Origin: Lytechinus pictus
Taxonomy: Eukaryota
Reading direction: 5' to 3'
Assembly: GCF_037042905.1 (NCBI RefSeq)
Contig: NC_087254.1
Span: 32,178,001-32,242,000, forward strand
Length of the DNA: 64,000 nt
The position numbers and the translations under genes are program-made. Positions 36,901 through 49,444 of the stretch are shown one piece after another (the first letter of the stretch is position 1; every line of letters starts with the position of its first letter). The notes beneath the pieces are model-generated. The model worked only from the letters and a program-made list of their open reading frames with translations, searched no databases and was not told the origin of the DNA.

Positions 36901-39179
36901 ATCATCGCCATCATTGATCATTTGTATCGAAAGGGTACTCCTGGCTGAAAATAATTGAAATAAAGAGCTGAAAAATTCTTTGATTTCTAATAACAATTAG
37001 CAAATAATTTAATCTTAAATTTTACAGCACTATAACAGTTATGTGGATGCCGTCATTAATATTAATTTGGTGGACTGATGATGACATGTCTCCACTTCTC
37101 TTTTTCTTTTGTAATTAGTTTAAATCATATTTTTTGACATTTTCATGTATAGTGATAGGTCTCCCTTGTAACAAAATACTGGTAAGTTGCAGCAATGAAT
37201 ATCTCATGCATTAAATAAGTTGTCAATCTATTTTTTTCTTCATTCTGGGTGGATAGAATTTGAATTATCATGATTTCTTATAATAAAATACAAAAGAATA
37301 AGTGGAGATCTTACATCATTAGCGTGCTCATTGCATTCTCGAGAGGACATGTATAGAAATGTTTACTGAAATAATGCAATTCTTTAAAATGTCATAACTT
37401 TGTGATTCCTTGTCCGATTTTAAAGAAATTTTCAGTGTTTTTTTATTATTATTTTTTTTTTCTTCATTTTTTGTATTCATTTTATTTTATTTTTTTATCT
37501 ATTTATTATCATTATTATTTTTTTCCCCTTTTTTTTTTTTTTTTGGGGGGGGGGGCCTGATTTTCATCTGTTCAAATCATATTATTTTCAGCCTAGAGTA
37601 CCCCTTCATGAACAGGTTCATGTAATGCATGTTTCGATTAAGATCATTTATTCTATACAGGTTGTTGCGAAAGCAAGTTTGACTATCTTCTGATAAAATA
37701 AATCTGTTATGCCATCTTTCTGTCCAACCCTCTTTTAATTCATCAAGGTTACTGGCCATCTTACAATGTTCCATTCTATGAAGAGATCTATAACATCAGT
37801 GGTTACCCAGAGCAAGTTAAGAAGGTTGGATCAGACATGACGTACCAGCTTGCTCCTCGTGCCAAGATATTCAGGAGAGATCAAGGGAAGGTCACTGACA
37901 TGGAGTCTTTTAAAAAAATAATGAGATTCAATGGTAGGTTACAAAGAATATTTTTCAAAAAACATTAAGTAAGAAAAATGATTGAAAAAAAAATTATGAA
38001 TTTGAAAGGTGAGTTTAAAAAGGAAATTTAATACCTCTTTCATAGGAGTAACAGCAAAAATGTTTTGAAAATATTTGAAACACTTGTGTCACACCAAGAT
38101 GGAAAAGAAAGCTTGTTTATTTATTTTCACAACTAAAGCCAAATGCCATTGGGCTGTATGTATATTCAGAAATGTAATATGGTGTCACAAAATTAAACAG
38201 TGGCTCATTTAAATCTTGAGGGGACCATATCACCTGAAGTCTTCTTTTAACTTTATAATATTGTAAAAAGAGAAAATAATGAATCATTTACCTCAGAAGA
38301 TGAACATATACATAAAGCAGAATCCATGTTTGTTATCTAGATTACAAGAATGATCCATACTCAGAGGGTGACCCATCCAAATCAATCTGTATGAGAGGTG
38401 ACCTCATGACTGATCCTATTCCTGATGGTTGCTATGATACCAAGGTAAAAATTTGCTTTTTTTTAATGAAGAAGTAATGATAAGTGAAAGACTATGTGGA
38501 AGGAGGGTAGAAGTGCTTCAAAAGAGTTCCTTGAAGTTGTTACACTAAAAGTGTGTATATTACTTCATAAATGTTTGAATTGATTTTACTAAAAAAAATG
38601 ATTGTATGTGAANNNNNNNNNNNNNNNNNNNNNNNNNNNNNNNNNNNNNNNNNNNNNNNNNNNNNNNNNNNNNNNNNNNNNNNNNNNNNNNNNNNNNNNN
38701 NNNNNNNNNNNNNNNNNNNNNNNNNNNNNNNNNNNNNNNNNNNGATAATGGATGGATGGATAGATAGACAGACAGACAGACAGATAGATAGATAGATAGA
38801 GGAAATAATTGATTTAAGTTAAAGATTGAAAGGGCATTTGATCAGTGGCCTAGACACAATACATAAAGCCAAATGTTTGAAACATTGCATTTTTTTGCTT
38901 TCATGCTTTCATGCTTTCATTTTAACAAGTTGTATTCCCTAGAATTTTTGTAATACTCCTCTTCAAAAATCATAATGGCCTCTTTTTTTTTTTCTTTGTC
39001 AGGTGACCAATCTAGCAATGGCGGCCAAGCAGACCAGTTACGTCATCAATGGGCCAACTCGCGGTGATGGTAGCCTGCCACCATTCCAGTGGGCTGCCCC
39101 GTTCACAAGCTGGTCTCATGTCGGACTCCCTACGCTGTATGATTTCAGTTTTGTAGAAATGTGTCCTAAAGAGCTTTAG
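30812..39179 (+). CDS. PLBD1: Phospholipase B-like 1 (lysosomal Ntn-hydrolase), 10 coding exons, 564 aa
   Basis: Exons 30812-30929, 31793-32018, 33351-33585, 34134-34295, 35045-35189, 35974-36174, 36630-36770, 37748-37933, 38341-38444, 39003-39179 (1695 nt, all GT-AG, phases compatible). Motifs [26 protein letters not shown] (catalytic Cys), [82 protein letters not shown] match PLBD1. Confidence 0.96.
31793..32018 (+). CDS. PLBD1: PLBD1 exon 2
   Basis: ...[19 protein letters not shown]...[13 protein letters not shown]; AG/GT flanks. Confidence 0.93.
32153..32974. mobile_element. Harbinger-like MITE (GGGGGTGTTGCAAGAAA TIRs) interrupted by SINEs
   Basis: gggggtgttgcaagaaa ... tttcttgcaacaccccc; the interior is split by a ~0.6-kb SINE insertion. 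Confidence 0.7.
32330..32925 (-). mobile_element. Two head-to-tail tRNA-derived SINEs (reverse orientation)
   Basis: Reverse complement gives tRNA-like heads with A box (tggtctagtgg / tggtgtagcgg) and B box (gagttcgaatcc / tgttcgaatcc), a central 'cccaggtg...atgggtacc' domain and (AAT)n tails. Confidence 0.75.
33351..33585 (+). CDS. PLBD1: PLBD1 exon 3
   Basis: QISQNLQN...[21 protein letters not shown]...|gtaagt. Confidence 0.93.
33817..34042 (+). mobile_element. Internally deleted tRNA-derived SINE
   Basis: gtgtcatggcctagtggttttgactctc...tgtgctgcgctcaagccagatgaggtgaatgggtacc; same family as the 32330-32660 SINE. Confidence 0.6.
34134..34295 (+). CDS. PLBD1: PLBD1 exon 4 (catalytic Cys)
   Basis: ...[10 protein letters not shown]...GHCSALIK|gt. 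Confidence 0.95.
35045..35189 (+). CDS. PLBD1: PLBD1 exon 5
   Basis: [28 protein letters not shown]...FSSYP. Confidence 0.95.
35974..36174 (+). CDS. PLBD1: PLBD1 exon 6
   Basis: [16 protein letters not shown]...[11 protein letters not shown]...YNS. Confidence 0.95.
36630..36770 (+). CDS. PLBD1: PLBD1 exon 7
   Basis: [11 protein letters not shown]...VVEQVP...DQTNILRA. Confidence 0.95.
36931..37607. mobile_element. Kolobok-type MITE in PLBD1 intron 7
   Basis: TIRs aagggtactcctggctgaaaataat / attattttcagcctagagtaccccttc. Confidence 0.65.
37748..37933 (+). CDS. PLBD1: PLBD1 exon 8
   Basis: [20 protein letters not shown]...[16 protein letters not shown]...IMRFN. Confidence 0.95.
38341..38444 (+). 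CDS. PLBD1: PLBD1 exon 9
   Basis: [22 protein letters not shown]...GCYDTK. Confidence 0.93.
38613..38743. other. Assembly gap (131 N) followed by GATG/GACA/GATA microsatellite
   Basis: Run of n in PLBD1 intron 9; 38744-38800 is tetranucleotide repeat. Confidence 0.99.
39003..39179 (+). CDS. PLBD1: PLBD1 exon 10 (terminal)
   Basis: [19 protein letters not shown]...LPPFQW...[20 protein letters not shown]. Confidence 0.93.
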   Translation: MTNLAMAAKQTSYVINGPTRGDGSLPPFQWAAPFTSWSHVGLPTLYDFSFVEMCPKEL

Positions 39180-39730
39180 GAATGTGTGTTGAGATATTGG
39201 TGAATTTATCGTCAATGGTTGTTTCTGGAAACTTTGGTTATCCTTTTTATTCGCGTAAGGTGTGTGGGAATAAGAGCGGGGGTGGGGGGAGGGAGTGAGA
39301 TGGGTTGAATCGAATGAGTAGTGGTGGTGTTGGCGGTGAGGGCAGCTTCTTTCATCATTTGATCTCACATTGATTGGGAGGGGGTTAGGGATCGGAGGGA
39401 AAGGGGGAAGGGTAGAGAATGTAATGAATAGGCTGTAAGGGTGGGGTAGCCTCTCTATTGTTTTAATATCAACAGTGAGGGGATTGGGAAGGAAGTAAAG
39501 GTGGAGGGACAGCTTCTATAAACATGTGTCACATTGAAGGGGAGGGGTGGGATAAAGGGGTACAGATGGTGTGCAAAGAGGGGAAGCTTTTACCACATGA
39601 TCATTTTATATCAGGGTATGTGAAGGAAACTGTATTGAAGGGGGTGAGGGGTAGTGATTGTGTAAGGATGGTATGGGGGGGTTCTATGATGATAAAAAGG
39701 GGATCGGATAGAGTCGGAATAGGTACCAGT

Positions 39731-40892
39731 CAGTGGCGTAACTACGGGGGGGGGGGGGGGGGGCACGTGCCCCCCCCCCCCCAATCGGCTGGCAAAAAAA
39801 AAAACGGGGAAAAGGAGAAAAAGAGGGAGAAAGGAAGAGAAACGTAGTGGGGAAAGAAGAAATTATTGTTCTTTATAATGTTATATTATGTTATATTACA
39901 TAAGAAGCATTTTTTTCATAACTTTATGAAACATTATTTGCTCAGGGCCTATGTCTTCATTGTTCCTGGTGCTCGCATAGACTGCTTAACAAGATATATA
40001 ATCCTGTTGTACTAAAACCTCCCGCTTTCAAATCAATATACACCAAATATATTTCCTCGCAATTCGAGTTATCATTGTTTTATGTAGTGACATTTGCTTC
40101 TTTTTCATTACTACTTAAAGTGATTGCCCTATTTTAAGGTCTTAATATAAAACATTTCCTGTCCGTGCTAACGTTCGCATTACATGTAGTTGATTGGTGA
40201 GATGTCTGCTCTTCATGAATTCCTAAAATAAGTCCTGAAAATGCCAATTTTTCTGATCTGAATATAAAACAAATTTCAGCTCGCGCTTTGCTCTTGCATC
40301 ATTTGGTTAGTGAAATACGTACGGTCTTAGTGAATTCCTACAAACAAGCCTTAGAATGTCCCTCTTCGGATCTGAATTTCCTAAATTTTCAGCTCGCGCT
40401 TCCCACTCGCACTATTTGATTAGTGAGATGCGTATGATAATCATGATTACAATGACTAGAAAAAGTGCTTCATGTGTTTAGATGTAATTCTAACAAAATC
40501 AGCAAAGGATGGCACTAGCATTATATGACTATGCTGAGATATTTATACTCTTAATGGATTCCTAAAATATAGTCCTTGAAATGTCCCTGTTTGGGGTCAA
40601 TAGATACAAAATTTCAGCTCGCGCTTCGCACTCGCATTGTTTATTTAGCGAGACAGGTACATATCATGATTACAATTTTTTTTTTCCCTTTTTAGGTCCG
40701 AATATCAAAAATTTTCAGCTCGCGCTTTGTGCTCGCATTATTTAATCAGTGAGATACATATCCGTTTAATGGCACTGCATGTCCTTAAAATGTCTCTATT
40801 AGGTCAGTATACCTGGAATTGAGCGCGCTCCCTAAGTGACTCAAAATTTTTGCTGGTGCCCCCCCAATGCCATGACCCACGGTACGCCCATG
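39731..40892. mobile_element. hAT-type MITE with 8-bp TSD and internal tandem cagctcgcgcttcgc units
   Basis: TSD gtaccagt at 39723-39730 and 40893-40900; termini cagtggcgta / tacgcccatg; related to 27509-29522. Confidence 0.88.
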
Positions 40893-43800
40893 GTACCAGT
40901 AATGAATTGATGATAGGCATGGTGTGGCATACTAGGTGTAATAATCATATGCTCTCAGTACTCAATGACATCTCTAAAAAAAGGAAATGTGGAGAAAGTT
41001 GGCAAAATTACAAACCAGATAAGACCATTGGGAAAAATTGGCTTTCCTCTTCAGAGTCGGAATTATGCAGCATGTTTACCACATCACTTTAAAGTATTCA
41101 TGGTTAAATCCATGAACTAGAATTATTGCCATGATGATTTTTGTTTTAGAAACTTTGTCAGACCATCATTACCATCATTTGCAATTATTAACCCAGGTTA
41201 ATAGTAACAAGAGATTGATTACACATGTATGCTTCCAAGTTATAGCTGAAATTGATACTCAAATTTGAAAGTATGGTCTTGAACTTTCACAAATGGTAAT
41301 TTCATATCTCCCTCTTCTGAATTCGCACTATATGATTTTTGGGGTGTTGGGATGATTTTTACAATCATCAGGGTTTGAAAGGAGAAAATCAAATGACAGT
41401 TATTAAAAATGCAATCAGAACTATTATAATGATATCAACATCAAACATGGAACATATGTAATACATTTTTGTACAATGTATGTCAATAAATGGCATAATT
41501 TATATATTTATTTTACAACACACATATCTCTCTCCATTGTAAGCAGATATCCTTAGTTGAAACCTAGTCCTATGGTCAACTTATGCCTGATAAAATCATT
41601 TATCAGCTACTTCAATAGTGTTATTTGATTACTAAACATTATAATAATAATAATATATGTGATTTGTAATGCGCCAAATCCACTCGGCAGAGTGCCAAAG
41701 GCGCAGTGAAAGAAGAAAGAAAGAACGAAAGAGAACAGGTAGAAATATAATAGTAATAGATTCAGAAACAATTAAGAGTAAGAGGCATTGAATAGACGAG
41801 TCTTAAGGTAACGTTTAAATGTATCAATGGACGTGCATTATTTGTAATTACCTGTAGTGTGAATACAACTCTTTCTTTTTTGTTGCATTTTTTAAATTGT
41901 TATTGATAATTGATTGAAAATATAGAGATAGGATATTAGAGAAAGCCACCAAACCTCTGTTGTTTGGGGAGACTTCTTTGAGAGTTTGTGATTTTGGGGG
42001 TCGAACATTTACATGTTCCACTATTCAATTCAATCCATCACTGATTATATTCATTTACATTGATTACCTCATTTATACATTTATTTTAATTTTTTTATTT
42101 TTTTTAACTGTCCTTTGGGCCTGATGTTGCCATCATAAAATGATGAAAAGTGGTCCATAACTGCCACGTAATAAACCATAATGAAACTGGTAGTACAAAT
42201 TTTTACATCAAATAGTTTTACATTTTAACTTTTACCTGAAAGATCTTGCTTTATTCTTTCAGCTCAGCCCCCAAGAAGAGTGGATAGTCGACAGGTTTTT
42301 CCTAATTTGTTGTAGATACTATCAGAGATGGTTTGGAAACTTGTACCATCACAACTGAAATAGTAGTATAGTGACCTTTGAAATAGAAAGATAGGTGAGG
42401 CTGAATGCTATAATAAAATAGGATGTGGGTTGAATATCCAGAAACTTGATCAAATAAATACCAAATAGCCAAGATTGTGAACATTTATCATGAACAAGTT
42501 TTGTTCTACATTTGTTCCAATTTATGAAAAATTGCTTGCAAAAATATTGAGATAGTAAATGTCTTCATGATTTTCATGGAATAAAACCATAAAGTTCATA
42601 ACATTTTTTCATGATCACATGGTTAACAGCGTAGTTTTAGGGAAGGCTGAATCAACCCCCTACCCCCCCTCACCCCAAGGTTTTATTAGGCATCAGAATA
42701 CATGTAGCCTTTTGGGGGCAAGAAGCTACTGCTACATGCCTGCCTCAAGAAATTTGATTATACTGGTATGAAAAATAAAACGTCTTTCCGAATTTTAATA
42801 TTGTAAATTTGACTGTGCTGTTCTAAAGTACAAAATCTAAACCAAAGAGAAGTAATTGATTTGACATGACAAAGTATTAGGTTTTAGATGAGTGACAGTA
42901 TTGCTATACCAATGATTACTTAGATACCCTTTGATATCATGTAGGGAAAAAAAGAGTAATTTCAAAAGCTTAATTGCTTCATGTTATTCAAATTTGGACA
43001 TGTTTAATGAACTGTAAGTAGTATTTTATTTGCAGCAAATTCACTTGCATTATGTTCATCTTAGAACAAATAACTCTCTACCTATTTCCATTTGACTTTC
43101 TTGAATTGATGAAAAATGGTAATACATGTATGTTAATGTATGAATGAACCTTTTGACCAGAGAGATCTCTAAGAGAATCGTGCAGAATGGATATGATATT
43201 ACAATGCTATAAAATGTTATATTAAATGCATAATTTTCATATATATATGATCTATTCAGTTCATGTGTCTGTTTATCTGTTGTATCTTTGTATGCCTCCA
43301 CTCACCGCAGGGGACATTTTAAAGGACATACGAACTAGCAACCTTAATAGCCCCACCTCAAGTGCTAAACTACTCATATCTGGCCAGGTTCATTACCTAT
43401 AATGCAATATTCTCAGCAGCGTAGTCTTGTAATATAGACCCACTTGAATTATAACACACTAAATCGCTAATCAATACTTCCATATTACAATTATTATATT
43501 ACCAGGTAGCAAAATGTGTACCTTTTCTCTAAAAAAGACTCAAGTTTCTCTACAAAAATAGAATTATAGGCTAATTCATCCTCTACTTTATTAATAGTCA
43601 AGATATATTTTAAGACACAGCAGTCTCATAGTCAATGAGAGACAACATCGTGTTGGTCAGTTCACTTCCCATTTAAATGCTCATTTACACTATTCCAGCT
43701 TTTTATTTAATTTCTCATTTTTTAAATTCCAGCATGCTTTTAGACCTTAATTCAAATTAAAACCTTTCATGCTTTCAAGGAAAAATACAAAATGGTTTCC

Positions 43801-46541
43801 CTTAAACCAGTTTAGGATCCAGTTGAGATTGATCGCTTTGCTAGCATCTCATCACCATCTCCTGGGCTGGTTTCCAGGACCACTTTATGTTACGTGGTCT
43901 CAGCGGAGTCGTATGTTTCATCAAGGAAGCTCCTTGGTTTTATGTGAAATTTGAAAGCGCAGTATAGGCATTTCTACACTCGGGGTGTGTACTAAGTAGC
44001 ACACCCAATTTGTACATGCTTGTACTTCCAGGCGAAGATCGCTTCCCAAACTATGGCTGTGTCCTTGTCTACATTGTAAGGTGGTCTCCCAAACTGGTTA
44101 GGAAGACCACTACAGATTGCTTCCAGGACCGCTTTGAGAGTTCCAGTTACTGGTACACATATGGCTGGTTTTCTCTAACTTGTTTTAAGAAAGTAGATGA
44201 GGAGGTCCAATGATCTATATTTACAATGCATTAGTCTCATCTCTACCAACCTCATCTATAGTATTTAAAGGTTTTTTTAATTATTTGTGACGTCATAAAC
44301 GAGCAGCAGTTCCATATGTTATGTAATATAACATGCAGAAATTTCATTTTTTTTATGGTTCCTGAAGACTAAAAATTTTCTTCTTTCAAGAGCGGGTGTG
44401 AAATAATTTGTCTGCTGATGAAACTAAAAGTACAATAAAAACCCTTTTAAATTTTTTGAGAAAATTACATTTCATTGATTTTTTTTTAACTCACGATACA
44501 TGGAAAGATGCCCACATATAATGTCACAAAAAAAATGCTATTAGAATACTGTACCTTTTTTAATCTTTGGATTTCCCCTCAAATCTTCACCAATGTTTTT
44601 TGTTATCTTTTTAGCTAGTTTTACTGTAAATTTTTTTTGTGAGGGTGAAATGCCTGTTAAATACAGTCAAATCTGCTTTAGGGACCGCATGTAAAGAAGG
44701 ACCACCAGTATATTAAAAAAAATCGTTATGGGTTTCTTTTGAATAGTATTAACAGATCTTTAACATGAGCCTCGTCAATCTGGCGCTGCGCAGAGTTATT
44801 TCATTCATGTCTATTTCCAACAATTAAATATGGATTTTCATTTTCATGAACCTGTTCATAGAGACTAACTCCTCATGAAAACTACATTTCTTGTCTTCTT
44901 TGTGTGGTATTTATAAACAGGTTCAACAGCATTCAAAGTGATTCACCAAGCAACATTTACATGTAGTTATCTTGCCGGTCTCTTTATCACATCGTTCTCA
45001 AAAGTTAACACAAAAGTGACTAAGTCAATACACATTCATAATCTTAAGTGAAATTTATTTCAGTGGCTAAATATAGAAAAATCTATTTACAGATACATTT
45101 TTTAAAATGGAATACATATAAGGTACATGTAAAATGCAGCACACATAAACAGATCAAACTTTCAAGGTACAATATGACATGCTATTAGGGATTCAATACA
45201 AAATATATCTCACTTTTACAAATGTTGAACTCTTTTGCTAAATCATTTCACTCTAACAAATTTTTATTTCACCTTAAAACATATATATTTCACTTTTCAT
45301 AAAATTCATTACACTAAATCACAGAGATATGGTTTACTTTTTGCCAAAATGCATTTCACTTTTTCATGATATTATAGTTAACTCAGAAAAAAAAATCATT
45401 TCACTTAACACCATTATAAAATTTCAAAACAAAAGAAATGGTATTGGAAAATATCAAGTTAGACGAAGTACAATTTCACTTACTGTTGATATTTAAACAA
45501 AATGGGTTATCAAACAAGCAAGACTAAACCATAGTATCACTTCATAAGACATGTAAAGTGAGCATAGCTGATTACAAATCTCAAATAAGGTGATCGTATC
45601 TGCACAGTGTGTAGTTGCAAATGTACATAAATAAATGAATACAATAATCTCTAGACTTTAGCTCTCTTCTAACAACCTTTGTTGGAAACTGAAAGGTGAG
45701 TAGATATTTAATTTGGTATATCACAGCAGAAGCAATGCATTTTGTCACACATTCAACCAGGTGGAGCTTATATTTAGTTTCAATGAAAAGAAAAGTACAA
45801 ACACAAGTATCCGGTACTGTAAATTCATTGAACACTGATATTGGGGGAGGGGAAGGGGGTGAGCAATTCACTTGGTTGTTACACTCAAATCCTACAGTTC
45901 ATCTGTGCTATCATCACATTTATTAGACAAAAAAAAACTATTTTGGACTCATCTGCATTGCCAGTGATTAGAATGTATATATCTTAAACTCTCACATGTT
46001 ACACACTTGCACTCACATTAAGCTTCGCTCAACTTTCTCAATTGCAGATTAACTATATGAGGGCAAGAAATAAAATCTTTGCTTTAAATTTAATTCTAAA
46101 ACACAGATTGAAGTTCCGATTTATGAACTGTACGTATTATTAGATTGGTTTCCTGATATACAGTGTACATATTAAAAGTAATACATATTTCATATTACAG
46201 TACTTTCCAGTTTAATGCATCCTTCTTTTAAAATATTCATTTTCAAGTACAGCCTTAAAGTCCTGTTTTTAATACTGGAATGATAAGATTTCTTACATGT
46301 TTTCAATACATTTTACAAAAGTATATAGCAGATAATGATCCTTTTAAAATGGAATTGCCAGGGCTCATACTCATAAAACACTTAAAAATACACAATTCGA
46401 TGATAACTCGACTGTTAGGTTTTAAGAATATGGGCCCTGTTCTAGTCATGAGAACTACATTCCTATAATTAACACCCAAGGCCAAAGTCAAATATTTCTT
46501 CCTGCTTTAAGCAAATAAAGAACTTGAATAATCCAAGAGGA

Positions 46542-46628
46542 AGAATTTCAGCATGAATAGACATTTATGTAGAATTTCAGCATGAATAGACATTCATGTA
46601 GAATTTCAGCATGAACAGACATTTATGT
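46542..46628. repeat. Minisatellite, 3 x 29 bp
   Basis: agaatttcagcatgaatagacatttatgt x3. Confidence 0.9.
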
Positions 46629-46711
46629 ATTTTGAAAATGAAAAATATTAATTGGCATTGATGCACACAGGATATGATTCTACTTGACATCCTTCTTTCA
46701 CAGCTGATATC

Positions 46712-46863
46712 CTGGGGCCAGTTTCATAAAATTTACTATTATGGTAACTTTGCCATCCAATGGTACCTTCCCTGAAATCCTTGATTTTGATTGGCTGATT
46801 AGCACCGTTACCACGGTAGTTACCATTGGATGGCAAAGTTAACTTTTATCTAACAGGGCCCTG
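46712..46863. mobile_element. Short Harbinger-like palindromic MITE
   Basis: ctggggccagtttcataaaa...aactttgccatccaatggta / taccattggatggcaaagtt...ttttatctaacagggccctg. Confidence 0.65.
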
Positions 46864-46880
46864 CACCATGGTAGCCTTAA

Positions 46881-47481
46881 GGGGCCATTCCACAGAGAGC
46901 AAGACCACTGAAAGACCTTTCAAAGACCATGAATTTTGGTCGATCTTACAGAGGTCTCTCAATGAACCTACAATGGTCTTTGAGGTCTTACACAAGTCCT
47001 GACCAATCTTTCAGCGGTCTTCGTGGTCTTCAAGGGCTCCAAAACTTTTTGAAACGGTTCTAAACAGTCTTACAACGGTCTTACAAGAAAATGGTCTTTC
47101 AGTGGTCTTCCAGCGGTCTTTCAGCAGTCTTTCGATGAACTTTCAATGATCTTTCGGCAGTCTCTCAAGATTTTTGCGGAGATCACTGTAAGACTCATGA
47201 GAGATCATTGAAAGACCAGGCAAAGTCCATGGAAAGAATTCTGAAAGATCACTTGTTGCATAAAAGATCTCTGAAAGACCATTGAAAGATCTCTATAGGA
47301 CTAGTCTAAGACCAGTAAGACAAGAAATATCCATCAGTCTTTTAGAGTTCTTGGAGGGGTCTTTCTGAGCCATTCCACAGAGATGACAAATTTCAGTGAT
47401 CTTGAAGACCGCTGTAAGACCTCACCAATTTTAAGTCTTTCAGTGGTCTTTCAATGGTCTCCGCTCTGTGGAATGGGGGCC
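46881..47481. mobile_element. PIF/Harbinger-like non-autonomous element with TAA TSD and many internal AAAGACC/GGTCTTT motifs
   Basis: taa|ggggccattccacagag ... ctctgtggaatgggggcc|taa. Confidence 0.8.
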
Positions 47482-48009
47482 TAAGGAATTAAGAGCTCTG
47501 GATTAAAGATGATTGTCGTTTTTTAAATGATGATTTTAAAATATATTTGACCCCTTTTTCTATGAAATACAAATGATTGTCATTTTAAATGTTATTTAGA
47601 AATATATTTGACTCTTTTTTCTATGAAATACAAATGGAATTCATTCAATGTGAATTACAGCATGACAATAGAAGATAACAGAAAATTTAATTTTAAAATA
47701 CAGAGAATCAAATAATCTTCAACATAAAAAACATATCTCGATTAATAACAGTATTTTTTTTCAACAATAGAATGTACCGCATTATGAGGGATATGAACTA
47801 TATTAAAATGAAGATCTACGTAATTGTCAAATGGGCGATCACTCATCACCGGTTTAGATGGCAGTTCACAGAATCAGAGCCCTTAATTTACAGACTTCTG
47901 CCAAATCATTGGCAATGGGCTACATCAAGGCTCCATATTGCTATGTTAGGCAAGCACAATTAAAAAACATTGTAATCCATTAAGAGCAAATTGGCCGCAG
48001 TGGCAAAAC

Positions 48010-49444
48010 TGCCGAGAATCACCATCTTTACCAGCGGGATTAGATCGCCCCAGAAGCACAGATGGATCGATTCAAAATCAACACTTGGTGAGAAGTTAAT
48101 GTGCTTGTCAAAGTTAGGTGCGTGTACGCTTTTCTCTGCCCTTATTCCGCCGTCCCTTCAACCACGAAATGTGCGAATACGGCAGTAAAATCGCCAAAAT
48201 TCCAAGAGAGCATCTTGAACCGTTGTGGGTCCATGAGGCAGGAGTTTTCCTCTCTAGCAAGAAAACTCCCTCGTGCCTCCATCGGTGCTGATTTAGAGGG
48301 AGCATCTATGGTGCTGCAGGGTATGAACACCATGATCGAAAGGTTGAAGGACTACATGGACCATATTAAGGCCGAGAACAACCATCTTTACCAGCGGTAT
48401 TAGATCGCCCCAGAAGCACAGATGGAACGATTCAAAATCAACACTTGGTGAGAAGTTAATGTGCTTGTCAAAGTTTGGTGCGTGTATGCAACAGTTCATG
48501 TTTCCTTCTATTAATTGGCAGTATACAAAGTCCTATGAAAAGACATTTTAAAACCACTACCAGTAGTTAACATGACATATAGAGTTTTGGCTGGTATCGT
48601 CATTACTTTTGGGCCAAGCTGTACAGACAATATGCTTTTTTATGGTCCAAGCAGTATTGTGTATTTTGAGTATGTACATTGCATCACTTATTTTATGTTA
48701 TGGTTTAATACAAATTTATGGTTATATGGTGTTTCAACCCATCAAGCTCTAATGGTGAACATTCCCCGAACTCAGAGAGCGCTGTATAAAAGATCCATTA
48801 AGATTACAAATTATGATACGAAGTGATTAAGATCGTATTATAATTGGTTGTGGCAAGAATAAATATCTGACTAAGTTCATGTTGAGGTGATTGGCATTAT
48901 TATTGAGGTGTCAGCTCGCTACCTTACAGTTTTGACGATTTTAGAGAGAAGTGAAGAGTTTTGAAAACGAGAGATTGGGGAAAATGGAAGAAAGAGGGAG
49001 TCTCAGAGATCGAGAGAAAAGAGAGATGCAAAATACTTAATAGAAATGAGGTGAAGTCATTATTCATTTTCTTTATCATTTAAAAGTGAAAAGCCAAATT
49101 CCCATTGTTTTCACTTTGATTCAAGGATATATAAATATATTCCGTTTTTTTTCCTCTTCATCACCGGCTCTCTCTAGTCTCCCACTCTTATTCCGCTTTT
49201 CTCCGCCCTTCTTTTATTCCGCCGTCCCTTCAACACAGACATGTGCGAAAACGGCAGTAAAATCGCCAAAATTCCAAGAGAGCATCTAGAACCGTTGTGG
49301 GTCCATGAGGCAGGAGTTTTCTTCTCAAGCAAGAAAACTCCCTCGTCCCTCCATCGGTGCTGATTTAGAGGGAGCATATATGGTGCTGCAAGGTATGAAC
49401 ACCATGATCGAAAGGTTGAAGGACTACATGGACCATATTAAGGC
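48010..49444 (+). repeat. Mosaic local duplications A-B-A'...B' (A ~48010-48127 and ~48370-48487; B ~48128-48372 and ~49195-49444)
   Basis: Direct near-identical copies visible by eye; B reads as a coiled-coil-like frame (...MNTMIERLKDYMDHIKA). Confidence 0.85.

Noticed and set aside
45050-45930. Possible 3' end or terminal exon of a minus-strand gene (AATAAA near 45055, ORF 45581-45871)
   Set aside because: No recognisable protein motif and no convincing upstream exons; cannot be supported without transcript data.
48010-48487. TRIM/LTR mini-retroelement (115-bp direct repeats around 245 bp)
   Set aside because: No TG...CA termini, PBS, PPT or TSD; the interior recurs separately without the repeats.
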